Below the pieces are notes generated by a model. That model worked only from the letters and a program-made list of their open reading frames with translations. It was not told where the DNA came from and did not search any database. A DNA stretch of 64,000 nucleotides. It comes from Candidatus Poribacteria bacterium. GTDB taxonomy: Bacteria; Poribacteria; WGA-4E; WGA-3G. The position numbers and the translations under genes are program-made. Position 1 is the first letter of the stretch, and each line of letters starts with the position of its first letter. Of this stretch, positions 30,928 through 40,884 are shown piece by piece. The stretch spans positions 896,001 through 960,000 of the forward strand of contig CBDANF010000003.1 in assembly GCA_965197475.1 (NCBI GenBank), given 5' to 3'.

Positions 30928-31887
30928 TTAGATTATTACCGCAGCTAACCCTTCTGAAAAAGGTTCGGCTTCCTTAAATCTCGGTTCAATAACCCACTCA
31001 CCCGACTTGTCAATGTAACCATACTTACCTTCTACAAAAAACCCGGTTCCCTTGAATCTCGGTTCAATAACCCACTCTCCTGATTTGTCAAAGTACCCAT
31101 ACTTTCCGTCTACAGCAACTGCCGCAAGTCCTTCAGAAAAATCACCGACTTTATCAAATTTCGGTTCAATGACAAGTGAACCAGTTTTATCTGCGTATCC
31201 ATATTTCCCATCGATTTTAACAGCAACCAATCCTTCAAAAAAGTAGGGACGATACGTTTCAAATGCTAAATCAAGAACCACCTGACCGGTTTTATCAATA
31301 AACACATGCTCCCCATCCTTGGTCTCAACATAGGCGTAACCTTCGGAAAAATTGTAGGTGTTTCTAAAGTGAGTGGGAATCACCTCCGCTCCCGTAATAT
31401 CAATATACCCTTCATCGAACTCCTCTCCTTCCAACGAAACTTTCGCCAATCCTTCAGAAAAGGAGTAAATATCTCCATAAGGAGGTATGAGTACCAATTC
31501 GCCTTCGGTGTTAATATACCCTTCGGTAGTTTCGGTTATTACATGGGCAAGACCATCGAAGAAGTAATAAGCATTTTTAAACGTCGGCAGTATCACTACA
31601 GTGCCGGATCTATTGATGTAACCGTATTTGCCATCTATGGAAACAGCGGCTAATCCTTCACTGAAATCCTCTGCATATTCAAATTGGAGGGGAAGTGCAA
31701 ACCCTCCGTGTTTGTCAATAAACCCGCATTTTCCATCAATCTCTACGGCGGCTACGCCTTCGGTATGATAACCGGGAGTATCAAACCGTGGCGGAATAAC
31801 AATTCTCCCACTTTTATCAATATAGCCAAATTTCGACATCTTATGTACCTCTTTTTTAGCAAGCGGGGCGTAGCATCTGTGTCGCAC
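30928..31887 (-). CDS. WG repeat protein (copy 1)
   Basis: WG repeats; AAAGAGG RBS before ATG at about 31839 (MSKFGY). Confidence 0.9.
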   Translation of the reverse strand: MRHRCYAPLAKKEVHKMSKFGYIDKSGRIVIPPRFDTPGYHTEGVAAVEIDGKCGFIDKHGGFALPLQFEYAEDFSEGLAAVSIDGKYGYINRSGTVVILPTFKNAYYFFDGLAHVITETTEGYINTEGELVLIPPYGDIYSFSEGLAKVSLEGEEFDEGYIDITGAEVIPTHFRNTYNFSEGYAYVETKDGEHVFIDKTGQVVLDLAFETYRPYFFEGLVAVKIDGKYGYADKTGSLVIEPKFDKVGDFSEGLAAVAVDGKYGYFDKSGEWVIEPRFKGTGFFVEGKYGYIDKSGEWVIEPRFKEAEPFSEGLAAVII

Positions 31888-31914
31888 GCCCCGCTTTTCA
31901 AACGTTAGAAGATT

Positions 31915-32872
31915 CTAAGGTGTTAGGATAAGCAACCCACCAACAGGTGCAGCAGGGGTGGGTAATAGCGCAATGCCAATGAGCGTTTTTCCACCTTTGT
32001 AGATCAGATATCCTGCACCAAGTCCCCCAGCAAGAGTCAACAGTCTACTGGGTGAAAACCAACTACCACCACTCGTTCGATTCATCCCTTTTTTAATTTC
32101 CTTTGCTTTTCCCTTAGAACTTCTCGGCAAGTTCTCAATAGTTTTGTCACCTCCTCCAATTTTCCATCCAGGGCTTTCCGCTGTGGGCGGATACACGTTT
32201 ATGTGATTTCCATCTGGGAAGGTAACATCATAATGGGGACCACCATGGCCTGAAGGGTCTTTTTTCCATATTTCTTCGTGTTCACCCTTTGCACCACCCC
32301 CCTTGTGTCTGGCAGGCCCCCGGTCAGGCTCCCTGTACCCTGAGTCTCTTGGTGGTATGCGTGTGAGTTCCACGACTTGTGCGTTATTGCCAGAAACAAC
32401 CTGATTCCCCAAAGCTAACACGTAGAAAGCCCATTCAACATCTCTACTATATGTGATGTTAAACTCATTTGTATCTTCACAGTATGTCACGGACTCAATG
32501 GGAACCGTGAATTCGTCGTAAACTGTCACGGTGTAAGAGTCCGAGTCTGAATCTATCGGCACTGTCGGATCTTCCTGACCATCAACAGGGAAAACCTCTG
32601 CTGTGATCTCGTACGCGTCGCCTATTGCACTACCACTGTTGAATATATATTCAAAATAAGAGGTCGTGTCTGTTCCATTACCGTAGTCTGTGTATGCCAA
32701 CGTTCCAAATCCGGATTCACACGGACTTTTTACATACCAGAAAACAACTCTATAAGGTTGGTTAAATGAAGCTTGACTGTATTGCGTAGTACCTGAGATA
32801 ATTGTGGTTAACCCTCCTGAACTTTGGCCAACGTAATCTACGGTGATCGCCGCATCAACGGCGGCGGAAATA
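31915..32872 (-). pseudogene. 5'-truncated polymorphic-toxin-like protein with Ntox37-like C-terminal domain
   Basis: Frame stays open upstream of the TTG at 32700 up to the IS630 end (..SAAVDAAITVDY..PYRVVFWYVKSPCESGFGTLAYTDYGNG); tip motif IWKKDPSGHGGPHYDVTFPDGNHINVYP then a hydrophobic Gly/Ala tail. Confidence 0.65.
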
Positions 32873-32889
32873 ATACCATTTCTGAATAA

Positions 32890-33438
32890 TTATATTCCAT
32901 TTGCGACTTTCGTGAAATATTTAAAATTTGTGATTTGAGCAATAGCTGCCTTCGTATACTTTCTCAAGATTTGTGTGATTTTGTCCTGCATTTCCTCTAT
33001 TGACCCCAATGTGTGCTGAAACAATTTGGCTTTGATGTCTTGCCAGAGTCTTTCGATCGGGTTCAACTCTGGACTATAAGGGGGTAGAAAAATCAAGGCG
33101 ATATTGTCAGGAAGTTGTAGCGATTTCGCCTGATGAAAACGACCATTATCAAGCACAAGGACATTTAGCGTCTTTGGAAAAGTCTTTGCTAACTCATCAA
33201 TGCATACTTGGAAACAGACACCATTGAGCCAGGGCATTTCAAGGAAGAAACTTTCTCCTGTTATCGGTTCCACAGCTCCGTATAGATAAAGGCTCTGGTA
33301 AGTGTGATCAACATTGGCAATCGGTTTAACACCGCGTAAGGTGGGATGCCGAGACGACACAGGCAAAAGACCACACCTTGACTCGTCTTGGCAAAAAAGT
33401 CGGACGCTTTGAAAAGAAGATGCCTTCTCCGAAATCAC
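32890..33438 (-). CDS. IS630 transposase, DDE part
   Basis: QDESR, LDNGRFH, LPPYSPELNPIERLW. Confidence 0.93.
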   Translation of the reverse strand: MISEKASSFQSVRLFCQDESRCGLLPVSSRHPTLRGVKPIANVDHTYQSLYLYGAVEPITGESFFLEMPWLNGVCFQVCIDELAKTFPKTLNVLVLDNGRFHQAKSLQLPDNIALIFLPPYSPELNPIERLWQDIKAKLFQHTLGSIEEMQDKITQILRKYTKAAIAQITNFKYFTKVANGI

Positions 33439-33482
33439 CTCCTCAACTTTGGTAGCGAAGTTAGCAACGAACGCATCACACG

Positions 33483-33947
33483 CTACATCGTTTTTTTATG
33501 ACTTTTGCGAGGCACTTTGAGTTTCGCATTCCATTTATACCGAACTAACGCATGAACTGTTTTATAGTGCATTTGGACACCGAAGGTTTCTTCAATATAA
33601 TCTGTTATCTGTTGATAACTGGAAAAACCTTCTGGTTTTTGAAGTTCCGCTCGCAGCAGCTCTTGTTGTTCTTTGGATAACCGAGGGGGACACCCCGGGG
33701 AATAATCACGATCCAAAAGCGCATCAAGTCCTTTAGTCTCATAAGTCACTATCCAGTGTCCAATCGTTTTTCGGCTGACACCTAACCTCTCAGCGACTTG
33801 CTTGCGAGTTATTGCTTGACCACTACGAAATAGGTAAAGGGCTGTCAATCTTTGCTTTTGATAACCTACTGATGTCTTTCTCAACAGCCTTTTCAACTCT
33901 GAAACACTTTCTGTAATCTCTGGAGGCTTTATGTGCATTGGTATCAA
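33483..33947 (-). CDS. IS630 transposase, HTH part
   Basis: HTH, ends in KLKVPRKSHKK; a -1 shift at A7 reads KKNDVACDAFVANF.. into the DDE ORF. Confidence 0.9.
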   Translation of the reverse strand: MIPMHIKPPEITESVSELKRLLRKTSVGYQKQRLTALYLFRSGQAITRKQVAERLGVSRKTIGHWIVTYETKGLDALLDRDYSPGCPPRLSKEQQELLRAELQKPEGFSSYQQITDYIEETFGVQMHYKTVHALVRYKWNAKLKVPRKSHKKTM

Positions 33948-34160
33948 TCCTATGATTTGTATAATTGGAAAAAGTATAGCAGAAATTGAAAACTTTTAAA
34001 AGGATAAATATATACAAGAAATGGTATAAATAGATGTGTCAAATTTTGTCAATAGTCTGGAAAGAAAGTCCATTAGTTATTATAACATTTCGCCCTGATG
34101 GGGCTGCTCCCAAGATGTATTTCCCACAAGTTTTCAATTAGTTTTCGGTATAAACCACTC

Positions 34161-34195
34161 GTAGATTGGGTTGAACACCGTGAAACCCAATCTAC
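34161..34195. repeat. REP-like palindrome / terminator
   Basis: GTAGATTGGGTT-N11-AACCCAATCTAC right after the stop of 34199..35251. Confidence 0.5.
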
Positions 34196-34198
34196 TTA

Positions 34199-35251
34199 CT
34201 AACGGAAACGTATTGAAGCCCCAGCCGTGAACTGCAATCGGTTTATGAGTTGTATCCCCGTTAGATTTTGATACACCGGTATCTGAATCTCAAACGCCAA
34301 ACGGTTCCGTTGAAAAGGCACTCCTGTAGGGATCATAAAATCAGTTGAAATAGCGATGTCAAGCTGCGTGTTGCCCTGGGAATCTATTTGGTGGATTGGA
34401 CTTCTGTTTTGATTCAACTCAGGATCGCTGCTGCTGAACGCCGCTTTGTGTGAAAATAGAAGCCTCCCTCCAAATTGGAACCAATTGTTTACGCGTTGTG
34501 TGCTCCAAGCGGTCACAGTGAAAGTGTTGCCATGCCGATATTTGCGCGCATTTTGATGTAAGGGTAAGGAACTGAGCAATTGACTACCATAGCTCCAGTC
34601 CTCTTTTGTGCCGAAAAGGGTGACACCCGGACGCGCTTCATAGGAACCACTACCCAGTTGCATTGGGTAAGGTAACACCTCCCCGTCATCTCCCGTTTCT
34701 GCGATACTCCCAGTTGGTAATGAAATACCGATGTTTCCGGTGAGCGTAAAGTACTCTTTTTTTAATAGCGTGAGCAGCGCGTCAAATTTGACATCGCCAA
34801 AACCTTCACTGTCTCTATTATATATCCCGACAGGCTGTTTTTGATGGCCTCCTTGTTGCTGATATGAACCTTCCATCTGCATGATGTGCTCATGATAATT
34901 CATTATCGCCATCAAAGTAATATGATCATGCGGGACGTAGATGGCACTGTACATCTGTGTTGACGTAATCATATGCTTTGGTGCCAGCATATAATCTTGT
35001 AGCACATCTGCTGTTTCAAGCGTATCTGTGCCAGACTGCAATGCCTGCAAACCTATCACCGTGCCTCGGTAGCTGAACATTGCATCACCTGCTTTATGTC
35101 CATGGTCGGCTATTACACCAATAGGTGCGTTCCCATCAAGGCGAGGTGTTGAGGTATCCGCGAAAGTGACAGACAACGTGAGTAGAAAAAGGGTAATGCT
35201 GAGTGTTATTCCCAAAACATTTGGTTGCCAACGAAACTTTTTAAATAACAT
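34199..35251 (-). CDS. putative outer-membrane beta-barrel transporter (MetA-pathway/transporter-like, possibly metal related)
   Basis: Signal peptide; APIGVIADHGHKAGDAMFSYR, GFGD, SLPTGS, PYPMQLGSGS; amphipathic C-terminal strand ending in F. Confidence 0.7.
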   Translation of the reverse strand: MLFKKFRWQPNVLGITLSITLFLLTLSVTFADTSTPRLDGNAPIGVIADHGHKAGDAMFSYRGTVIGLQALQSGTDTLETADVLQDYMLAPKHMITSTQMYSAIYVPHDHITLMAIMNYHEHIMQMEGSYQQQGGHQKQPVGIYNRDSEGFGDVKFDALLTLLKKEYFTLTGNIGISLPTGSIAETGDDGEVLPYPMQLGSGSYEARPGVTLFGTKEDWSYGSQLLSSLPLHQNARKYRHGNTFTVTAWSTQRVNNWFQFGGRLLFSHKAAFSSSDPELNQNRSPIHQIDSQGNTQLDIAISTDFMIPTGVPFQRNRLAFEIQIPVYQNLTGIQLINRLQFTAGASIRFR

Positions 35252-35261
35252 AATAATCTCC

Positions 35262-35303
35262 TCATTTAGTTCAAATACCCGCGTGGGGATTTGAACTAAA
35301 TGA
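35262..35303. terminator. long inverted repeat between DUF1501 and transporter genes
   Basis: TCATTTAGTTCAAAT-N12-ATTTGAACTAAATGA (15-bp arms) abutting the GAGGAG RBS. Confidence 0.45.
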
Positions 35304-35377
35304 CGAAAGAACTAATGGAAAGCCTGCACTTGAACTACAACTTTAGTCCAAACACAAGCTTCTGAATTATCCTGAAT

Positions 35378-36826
35378 TTAGAATATTCCGTCAATCACTT
35401 CACCTTTGACCAACTCACGTGGTTGTTCTAAGTGATTCAGCACGATAGTGTGCGGGTCAATACCGAGCGTATGGTAAATCGTAGCGAGGATATCTCGCGG
35501 ATGCACAGGTTTTTCAAGCGGTGTTGAACCCGTAGCATCAGACTTACCGTAAACCTGACCACCTTTGACACCCGCACCAGCGATTAGACCGGTATAACAA
35601 TAGGGCCAGTGGTCACGTCCATCAGGTGCGTTACCATTACCAGAGGTACTAATACCCATTCGTGGTGAGCGACCAAATTCACCGATAGCAAGCACAAGCG
35701 TTTCCTCTAACATGCCGCGCTGATCTAAATCTTCAAGCAGTGAAGAAACCGCACTATCTAACTTGGGACAGTGTAGGTTTTTCAGTGGGCCGAAGTTCGC
35801 TGCATGCGTATCCCATGCCGTTTCATTCGGGTTGCCGTTTGCAACAGAGGGCCAGTTCACCTGTACGAAACGGGTGCCTGCTTCAACCAGTCGGCGTGCA
35901 AGGAGCGCGCTCTGACCAAATGTATGGCGACCGTATTTGTCACGCATTTCATCAGGTTCCTGCGACAAATCAAACGCATTACGTGCTTTCTGAGACAAAA
36001 TGAGATTATACGCTTTTTCATAATACTCGTTCAGCGCGTAAGAATCAGCCACTTTGTCAATTTCTGGCATATTGGCGTTAATCGTTTCAAGTAGCGTTTT
36101 GCGACGCTGTAACCGAGCAGGCGGAATTTCTGGACGTAGCGTCAAATCATCAAGTTTTATCTCTTTATTGGGGTCCTGGAAAAGAAAATATGGGTCATAA
36201 GCTCTGCCGAGGAAACCCGCATTTCCGCCTTTACCGATGATACCACTCTCCTGCATTGGACGCGGGAGTTGGACAGCTGCTAACATCGGTTCATCTGGCG
36301 GTCTGAACTTAGCGATATGTGCTGCAGCATTTGGATGATCTGCAGGAGACGGTGGGTCAAGTTGTCCCGAAGGTGCAACCTTGTCCGGTGTTTCACCTGT
36401 AACCATCTGATACATCGCAGCGGTGTGATTGAAAAGTCCAGCTGGCGTATAACTTACTGAACGGATAAGACATGCTTTATCCATCTGTTTCGCTAAACGC
36501 GGCATCGTCTCTGACAACTGAATACCGGGAACATTCGTTGGAATAGGATTAAATTCACCACGGATATTAGACGGAGCATCCGGCTTTGGATCCCAGATAT
36601 CAATGTGACTCGGTCCGCCTTGCAAAAAGAGCAGAATGACAGAATTTGCTTTGCCCCAACCGTTTAGAGGCATCGCGGGGTCAACTGTCGTGCTTGCCTT
36701 GGCTTGGAGTGACAATACTTGTGGCAGGCTAATGCCCAGCATCGCCGCGCCACCCACGCGGAGAAATTCCCGACGTGAGAACCCATCACATAATCTTCCG
36801 GGTGCTTGTGGTAACGAAATCATCAA
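35378..36826 (-). CDS. DUF1501 domain protein
   Basis: SRREFL Tat-like motif, LQGGPSHIDIWDPKP, ARRLVEAG, WDTH, GEFGRSP, GRDHW. Confidence 0.95.
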   Translation of the reverse strand: MMISLPQAPGRLCDGFSRREFLRVGGAAMLGISLPQVLSLQAKASTTVDPAMPLNGWGKANSVILLFLQGGPSHIDIWDPKPDAPSNIRGEFNPIPTNVPGIQLSETMPRLAKQMDKACLIRSVSYTPAGLFNHTAAMYQMVTGETPDKVAPSGQLDPPSPADHPNAAAHIAKFRPPDEPMLAAVQLPRPMQESGIIGKGGNAGFLGRAYDPYFLFQDPNKEIKLDDLTLRPEIPPARLQRRKTLLETINANMPEIDKVADSYALNEYYEKAYNLILSQKARNAFDLSQEPDEMRDKYGRHTFGQSALLARRLVEAGTRFVQVNWPSVANGNPNETAWDTHAANFGPLKNLHCPKLDSAVSSLLEDLDQRGMLEETLVLAIGEFGRSPRMGISTSGNGNAPDGRDHWPYCYTGLIAGAGVKGGQVYGKSDATGSTPLEKPVHPRDILATIYHTLGIDPHTIVLNHLEQPRELVKGEVIDGIF

Positions 36827-36934
36827 TTATTTCCTCCATTATTACTGTGCTAACTTCCGATCTGGTTCACCAATCCATCCTTTGTAGCAGAGGTGACAAC
36901 CAAAGAAAACGGAGCGCACAAATCGGTTTCGGGC

Positions 36935-39424
36935 TTAACGGTTAAATAAAAACGCGGGACTATTGATTAATGCCCACAATAAATCTTGCGCGCCTTCCTC
37001 TTTCGATTCAGCTTTTGCAAGATGTTCAACCGCTGTCGTATATTCATTTTCCTCCGGTAACCGAGCAAATGTTGCAAGGTACAACTCTTCAACAAGGACA
37101 CGGTCGTCCTTATTGTCTTTGAGGAGTTTTGCAATTCGTCCATTTGGATCAATAATTGCATTCGCAACTGTCGGACCGTTAATAAGGTTCATTGCGTGTG
37201 CCAGGCTTACCTCCGTTGTCCGTTCACATTCACATGAACTTTCACGTTCTGGACGACCGAACAATTTCAAAAATCCATCATCCTTTACTCTGCTGTCCGG
37301 TAATTGTACAGCACGGAAGTTTTTCGGCACACCCTGAAACTTCGGTTGACTTCCCGTAGCAACACCGATAGCATCTAACAACTGTTCAGCTGTCAAACGT
37401 CGTGCGGTTGCGTGTGAGAAATTAATCGTATCCTCTTTGTTCCACTTGTTGGTCTTGATACTCTGTTGATAGGTGCGAGAACGGGCAAGTGTTTTCATGA
37501 TATGTTTCATGTCAAACCCGCTGTCCACGAAATCTTTCGTCAGCGCATCAAGCAAATCCGGATTACTGGGTGGGTTGCTTGTCCGTATATCATCAACCGG
37601 TTCAATGATACCGCGCCCCATGAAATAACTCCATATACGATTTGCACCTGCTTTTGCGAACATAGGATTCTCAGATGATGTGAGCCATTCAGCAAGAGAT
37701 TCACGTTGATCAGCAGCATCTTTCTGGACTTCGCCAAATGGAACAGATGGATTAACAACAGCTAACGTTCTCGGATGTTTAACCGGACTCGGACTAAAAC
37801 TAGCGTATACGATTTCATCACCCGGTAAACGTCCGTTTTTCAGCTTGACACCTGAGAAAAATGCGCCTAATTCGTAATACTGATTTTGCGTCCATACCTC
37901 AAACGGATGGTCATGACATTTATTACAGGCGAATCGAACGCCAAGGAAAAGTTGCGTCGTATTTTCCACAGCCGCAGTATATTCGCGCGAGACACGGAAA
38001 TAATTTGCTGCAGGATTGGCATAAGTACTGCCAGTAGCAGTAATCAGGTCATGCACAAATTGGTTATAGGGTCGATTTTTTGCAATTGACTCATGTATCC
38101 ATTCTTGGAAAAGCCACATGCCGCGTTCACCGAGGAATTTACGGTTCGATTGCAATAGGTCACCCCATTTATGTGTCCAATGGTCAACATATTCGGGTGT
38201 TTCGACCAGTATATCAATCAATTTTTCTCGCTTTTCCTTGGCAGGTGTTTTATCCGCAAGGAAACTCCGTACCTGTGCAGGATCTGGTGGAAGTCCTGTC
38301 ATATCGAAATAAATCCTACGAACGAACTCTTCATCTGTGCAAAGTTCAGATGGTAGAATCTTCAGTCGCTTCAGTTTGTTATGGACATGCGTATCAATGT
38401 AGTTGTATTCTGGTGTTTTAACCCATTCGTAACCACTCCGATCACCCATAACGATGATGCCGTTTGTGCTATATGCTCCCTCATATCGGGTTAGGATAGC
38501 GGTTTCTCCGCGGCGTTCTGCAGTTACCATACCGTCACCAGTTATTTTCGCAACTTCGTTGACACTACTGGTGAATTTTGCTTCACGGGTAACATCACGG
38601 GTCGTTCCATCTGGATAATGGGCAATTACCAACATTTGTTGTTTCGTCCCCGGCATAGACAATTCAGCGGATTCTGGAAACACCTCTAAGCTCTCAACAC
38701 GTTGGGTAGTTTCTACATCAGAGACAACCCCTTCACTTATCCACTGATGAATGAGATTGTAATCACGCGAATCCGGGACAATCACCTGACCCCCTTTGTG
38801 TGGCACTTCAGATGTTGTTTTGAGCAACATTAAACTCTGTTCGGGGAACGCACGATTAAACCGCCGTCCAGATATATCTTCAATCAGGAGTTCATAGTCA
38901 AAATCTGGATCGTAACCGCGCAGTGAAAGTTTGAAACCGTTTTTGCCTTTTGCAGAACCGTGGCAGGTGCCGCTATTACAACCGGCATGGCTTAGAATGG
39001 GCATCACATCTCGCACAAAACTCACTGGCGGTGCGTCAACGCTTGCAACGTTCACCGGTAATTCTGTGCTGATGCCTTTCACTGTAACCTTAATTGTTGC
39101 AGGACCAACTGAATTCGGAAAGATGTAACCATCTTCAAGCACCTTTACCCCTTCTGAGGTAGGTTTGAGAACTGCCGAAGACGTAACATCAACCCATTTT
39201 CCATCTTTAGTTTGCCCCGAAACAAGCACACGGCGACCATCGCGCGCATGCTCTAACGTCAACGACTCCGGGTGAGTCTTCAACGCTTTAATTTCAGGAA
39301 TGTCTACACTCGGTACAGCTTCCTCCATCTGGCTCCAACTTGAATGTTGAAATACCAAACAGCAGAAAAATACGATAAGGAGTGTAACAACCAAGTTATA
39401 CCTGAGTTTCACATTAACCTCCAA
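36935..39424 (-). CDS. DUF1549/DUF1553 (PSD1) protein with Ig-like (Big_2) domains
   Basis: GCNSGTCHG..KGKNGFKLSL, FLGVRFACNKCHDHPF, NRIW..FMGRGIIEPVDD, FGRPERESSCECER, DLLWALINS..FLFN. Confidence 0.95.
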   Translation of the reverse strand: MEVNVKLRYNLVVTLLIVFFCCLVFQHSSWSQMEEAVPSVDIPEIKALKTHPESLTLEHARDGRRVLVSGQTKDGKWVDVTSSAVLKPTSEGVKVLEDGYIFPNSVGPATIKVTVKGISTELPVNVASVDAPPVSFVRDVMPILSHAGCNSGTCHGSAKGKNGFKLSLRGYDPDFDYELLIEDISGRRFNRAFPEQSLMLLKTTSEVPHKGGQVIVPDSRDYNLIHQWISEGVVSDVETTQRVESLEVFPESAELSMPGTKQQMLVIAHYPDGTTRDVTREAKFTSSVNEVAKITGDGMVTAERRGETAILTRYEGAYSTNGIIVMGDRSGYEWVKTPEYNYIDTHVHNKLKRLKILPSELCTDEEFVRRIYFDMTGLPPDPAQVRSFLADKTPAKEKREKLIDILVETPEYVDHWTHKWGDLLQSNRKFLGERGMWLFQEWIHESIAKNRPYNQFVHDLITATGSTYANPAANYFRVSREYTAAVENTTQLFLGVRFACNKCHDHPFEVWTQNQYYELGAFFSGVKLKNGRLPGDEIVYASFSPSPVKHPRTLAVVNPSVPFGEVQKDAADQRESLAEWLTSSENPMFAKAGANRIWSYFMGRGIIEPVDDIRTSNPPSNPDLLDALTKDFVDSGFDMKHIMKTLARSRTYQQSIKTNKWNKEDTINFSHATARRLTAEQLLDAIGVATGSQPKFQGVPKNFRAVQLPDSRVKDDGFLKLFGRPERESSCECERTTEVSLAHAMNLINGPTVANAIIDPNGRIAKLLKDNKDDRVLVEELYLATFARLPEENEYTTAVEHLAKAESKEEGAQDLLWALINSPAFLFNR

Positions 39425-39492
39425 ATGTGCTATGAAACTTAACGTAGCGGTGTAATCCGCTCTATTTACTTTTTACTTCTGATTTTGGTTTT

Positions 39493-40314
39493 TTACCTCT
39501 GGTTTTTCAAGTTTCCCCACATTATCGGCAACTTGCCGTATGAGGATACATCTAAATATTTCGATTCACTCACTAACCAATCAATAACGTTTTCTGTAAG
39601 TTGCTCTAACTGGTCAATATCTTTATTATTCGCGTGGTAGTTTGGAAGTCGCCAATTCATGTTGAATACCTTGCCTTTTCCTGCTTTCCAATAACCGAAA
39701 GCTGCAATACCATCACCCCAATCGTTCGCTGGGGGACCCTAAGCGTTGGCAAGCGTAATAAAATTCTTCCAAAGTTTGTTGTAATAGTCACCAGTATTCG
39801 GATATCCAGTCGAATTAACCTGAATCCTATCACCAAGTTTCGGTGTGTCTCCATCAATATTCTTTAGACCGTCAACTAATTTGTGGTCAAGTGTCTCTTG
39901 GAGTACGGTAATGCCGACGTTCTGTCCATCGTCTAGTACAGGCGGAAACCCACGCGGTTGAGCATCTTCCAACCCCATCGGTGTAGCATAACGAATAGCC
40001 CATGCTGTCAACAATACTGCACCGTCGCTTTCAGCGTAGTCCAAAAACGCATCAATTTCTGCAGCGGACAATGCACCCGGATCGGTATCTCCTTCGTGCC
40101 ACCACACAACGGCAAACTTTTTGAACGTTGTACTCTTAAGGTCGTTTTTAGCCAATTCTGTCGTCTTATATGTCTCTTTTGCGAAATCCAGTGCAGGCGA
40201 AGTAAACGGTCCGTTATCTCCAAGATAGACAAAACCGACCTCTACTGCAGCATTTCCTATATTTAAACTACATAATACCATTAAAGTCAAGCAAAATACA
40301 AGTTTTCTATACAT
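39493..40314 (-). pseudogene. secreted protein with Poribacteria-type C-terminal tail, interrupted by an in-frame TAG
   Basis: After TAG at 39739..39741 the same frame continues about 81 codons to ..LDVSSYGKLPIMWGNLKNQR*. Confidence 0.75.
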
Positions 40315-40419
40315 CTTTCCTCCTAACTACGACAAACTTTGGTTTGCTTCATTTGGGAGATTCTCATTTCTGATTGAAATGGTGGGCAGAATGCACATAA
40401 GGCATTCTGCATGATTGGA

Positions 40420-40779
40420 TTATTTAGACACTATATAAAGCGTAATCACTGCAAGTACAAGACTCGAAATTGTGAGAATCATGCGGTAGTCGTCAACATC
40501 TGATCTGGTGTGCAGTCCTTTATTTTTTGTAGAAGATGTTTCAGGTGGTGAAGGTAGAATAACTCTATTAGACGAGGAACTTGTAGAAACCGTTGTCCGA
40601 ACTTTACGTACAAGCCGCATCTCCATGATGCCGGTATTCGGGTTTTCTACCAACTTCCATTCTTCCACAGTTGTATCTGATGCCATTATTGGAACTTGTT
40701 CCGTAGAAATTGTATGTGTTGTGCCTGAACAACCATAAAGAAATATTAACGCAAGCACGATACCTGTGCAATAACACAC
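40420..40779 (-). CDS. hypothetical small lipoprotein/membrane protein
   Basis: LYGC lipobox-like motif and C-terminal TM helix. Confidence 0.5.
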   Translation of the reverse strand: MCYCTGIVLALIFLYGCSGTTHTISTEQVPIMASDTTVEEWKLVENPNTGIMEMRLVRKVRTTVSTSSSSNRVILPSPPETSSTKNKGLHTRSDVDDYRMILTISSLVLAVITLYIVSK

Positions 40780-40884
40780 TATTAAGGATGTTACCGTGTC
40801 TGATCTTTTTCATTTTGGTACTCCCGTTTCTTAATTATCACACTTTATACAAAATGAGCAACTATTTTTATGAGATAGACTCTA

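Larger units (their letters stand above)
19714..31887 (-). repeat. tandem array of 13 WG-repeat genes (unit about 0.84-1.0 kb)
   Basis: 13 co-oriented paralogous ORFs sharing long identical DNA blocks and two recurring spacer types. Confidence 0.95.
32873..34027 (-). mobile_element. IS630-family insertion sequence
   Basis: Terminal IR ATACCATTTCT / AGAAATGGTAT enclosing HTH and DDE ORFs joined by an A7 slip site at 33491..33497. Confidence 0.9.

Noticed and set aside
19714-31887. CRISPR array or diversity-generating retroelement as explanation of the repeats
   Set aside because: Repeats are protein-coding WG units of about 100 bp within whole-gene duplicates; no cas or reverse transcriptase gene in the window; differences come as exchanged blocks, not a template/variable pair
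39739-39741. Pyrrolysine readthrough of the in-frame TAG
   Set aside because: No pyl genes or methylamine methyltransferase context here; a TGG->TAG change is simpler
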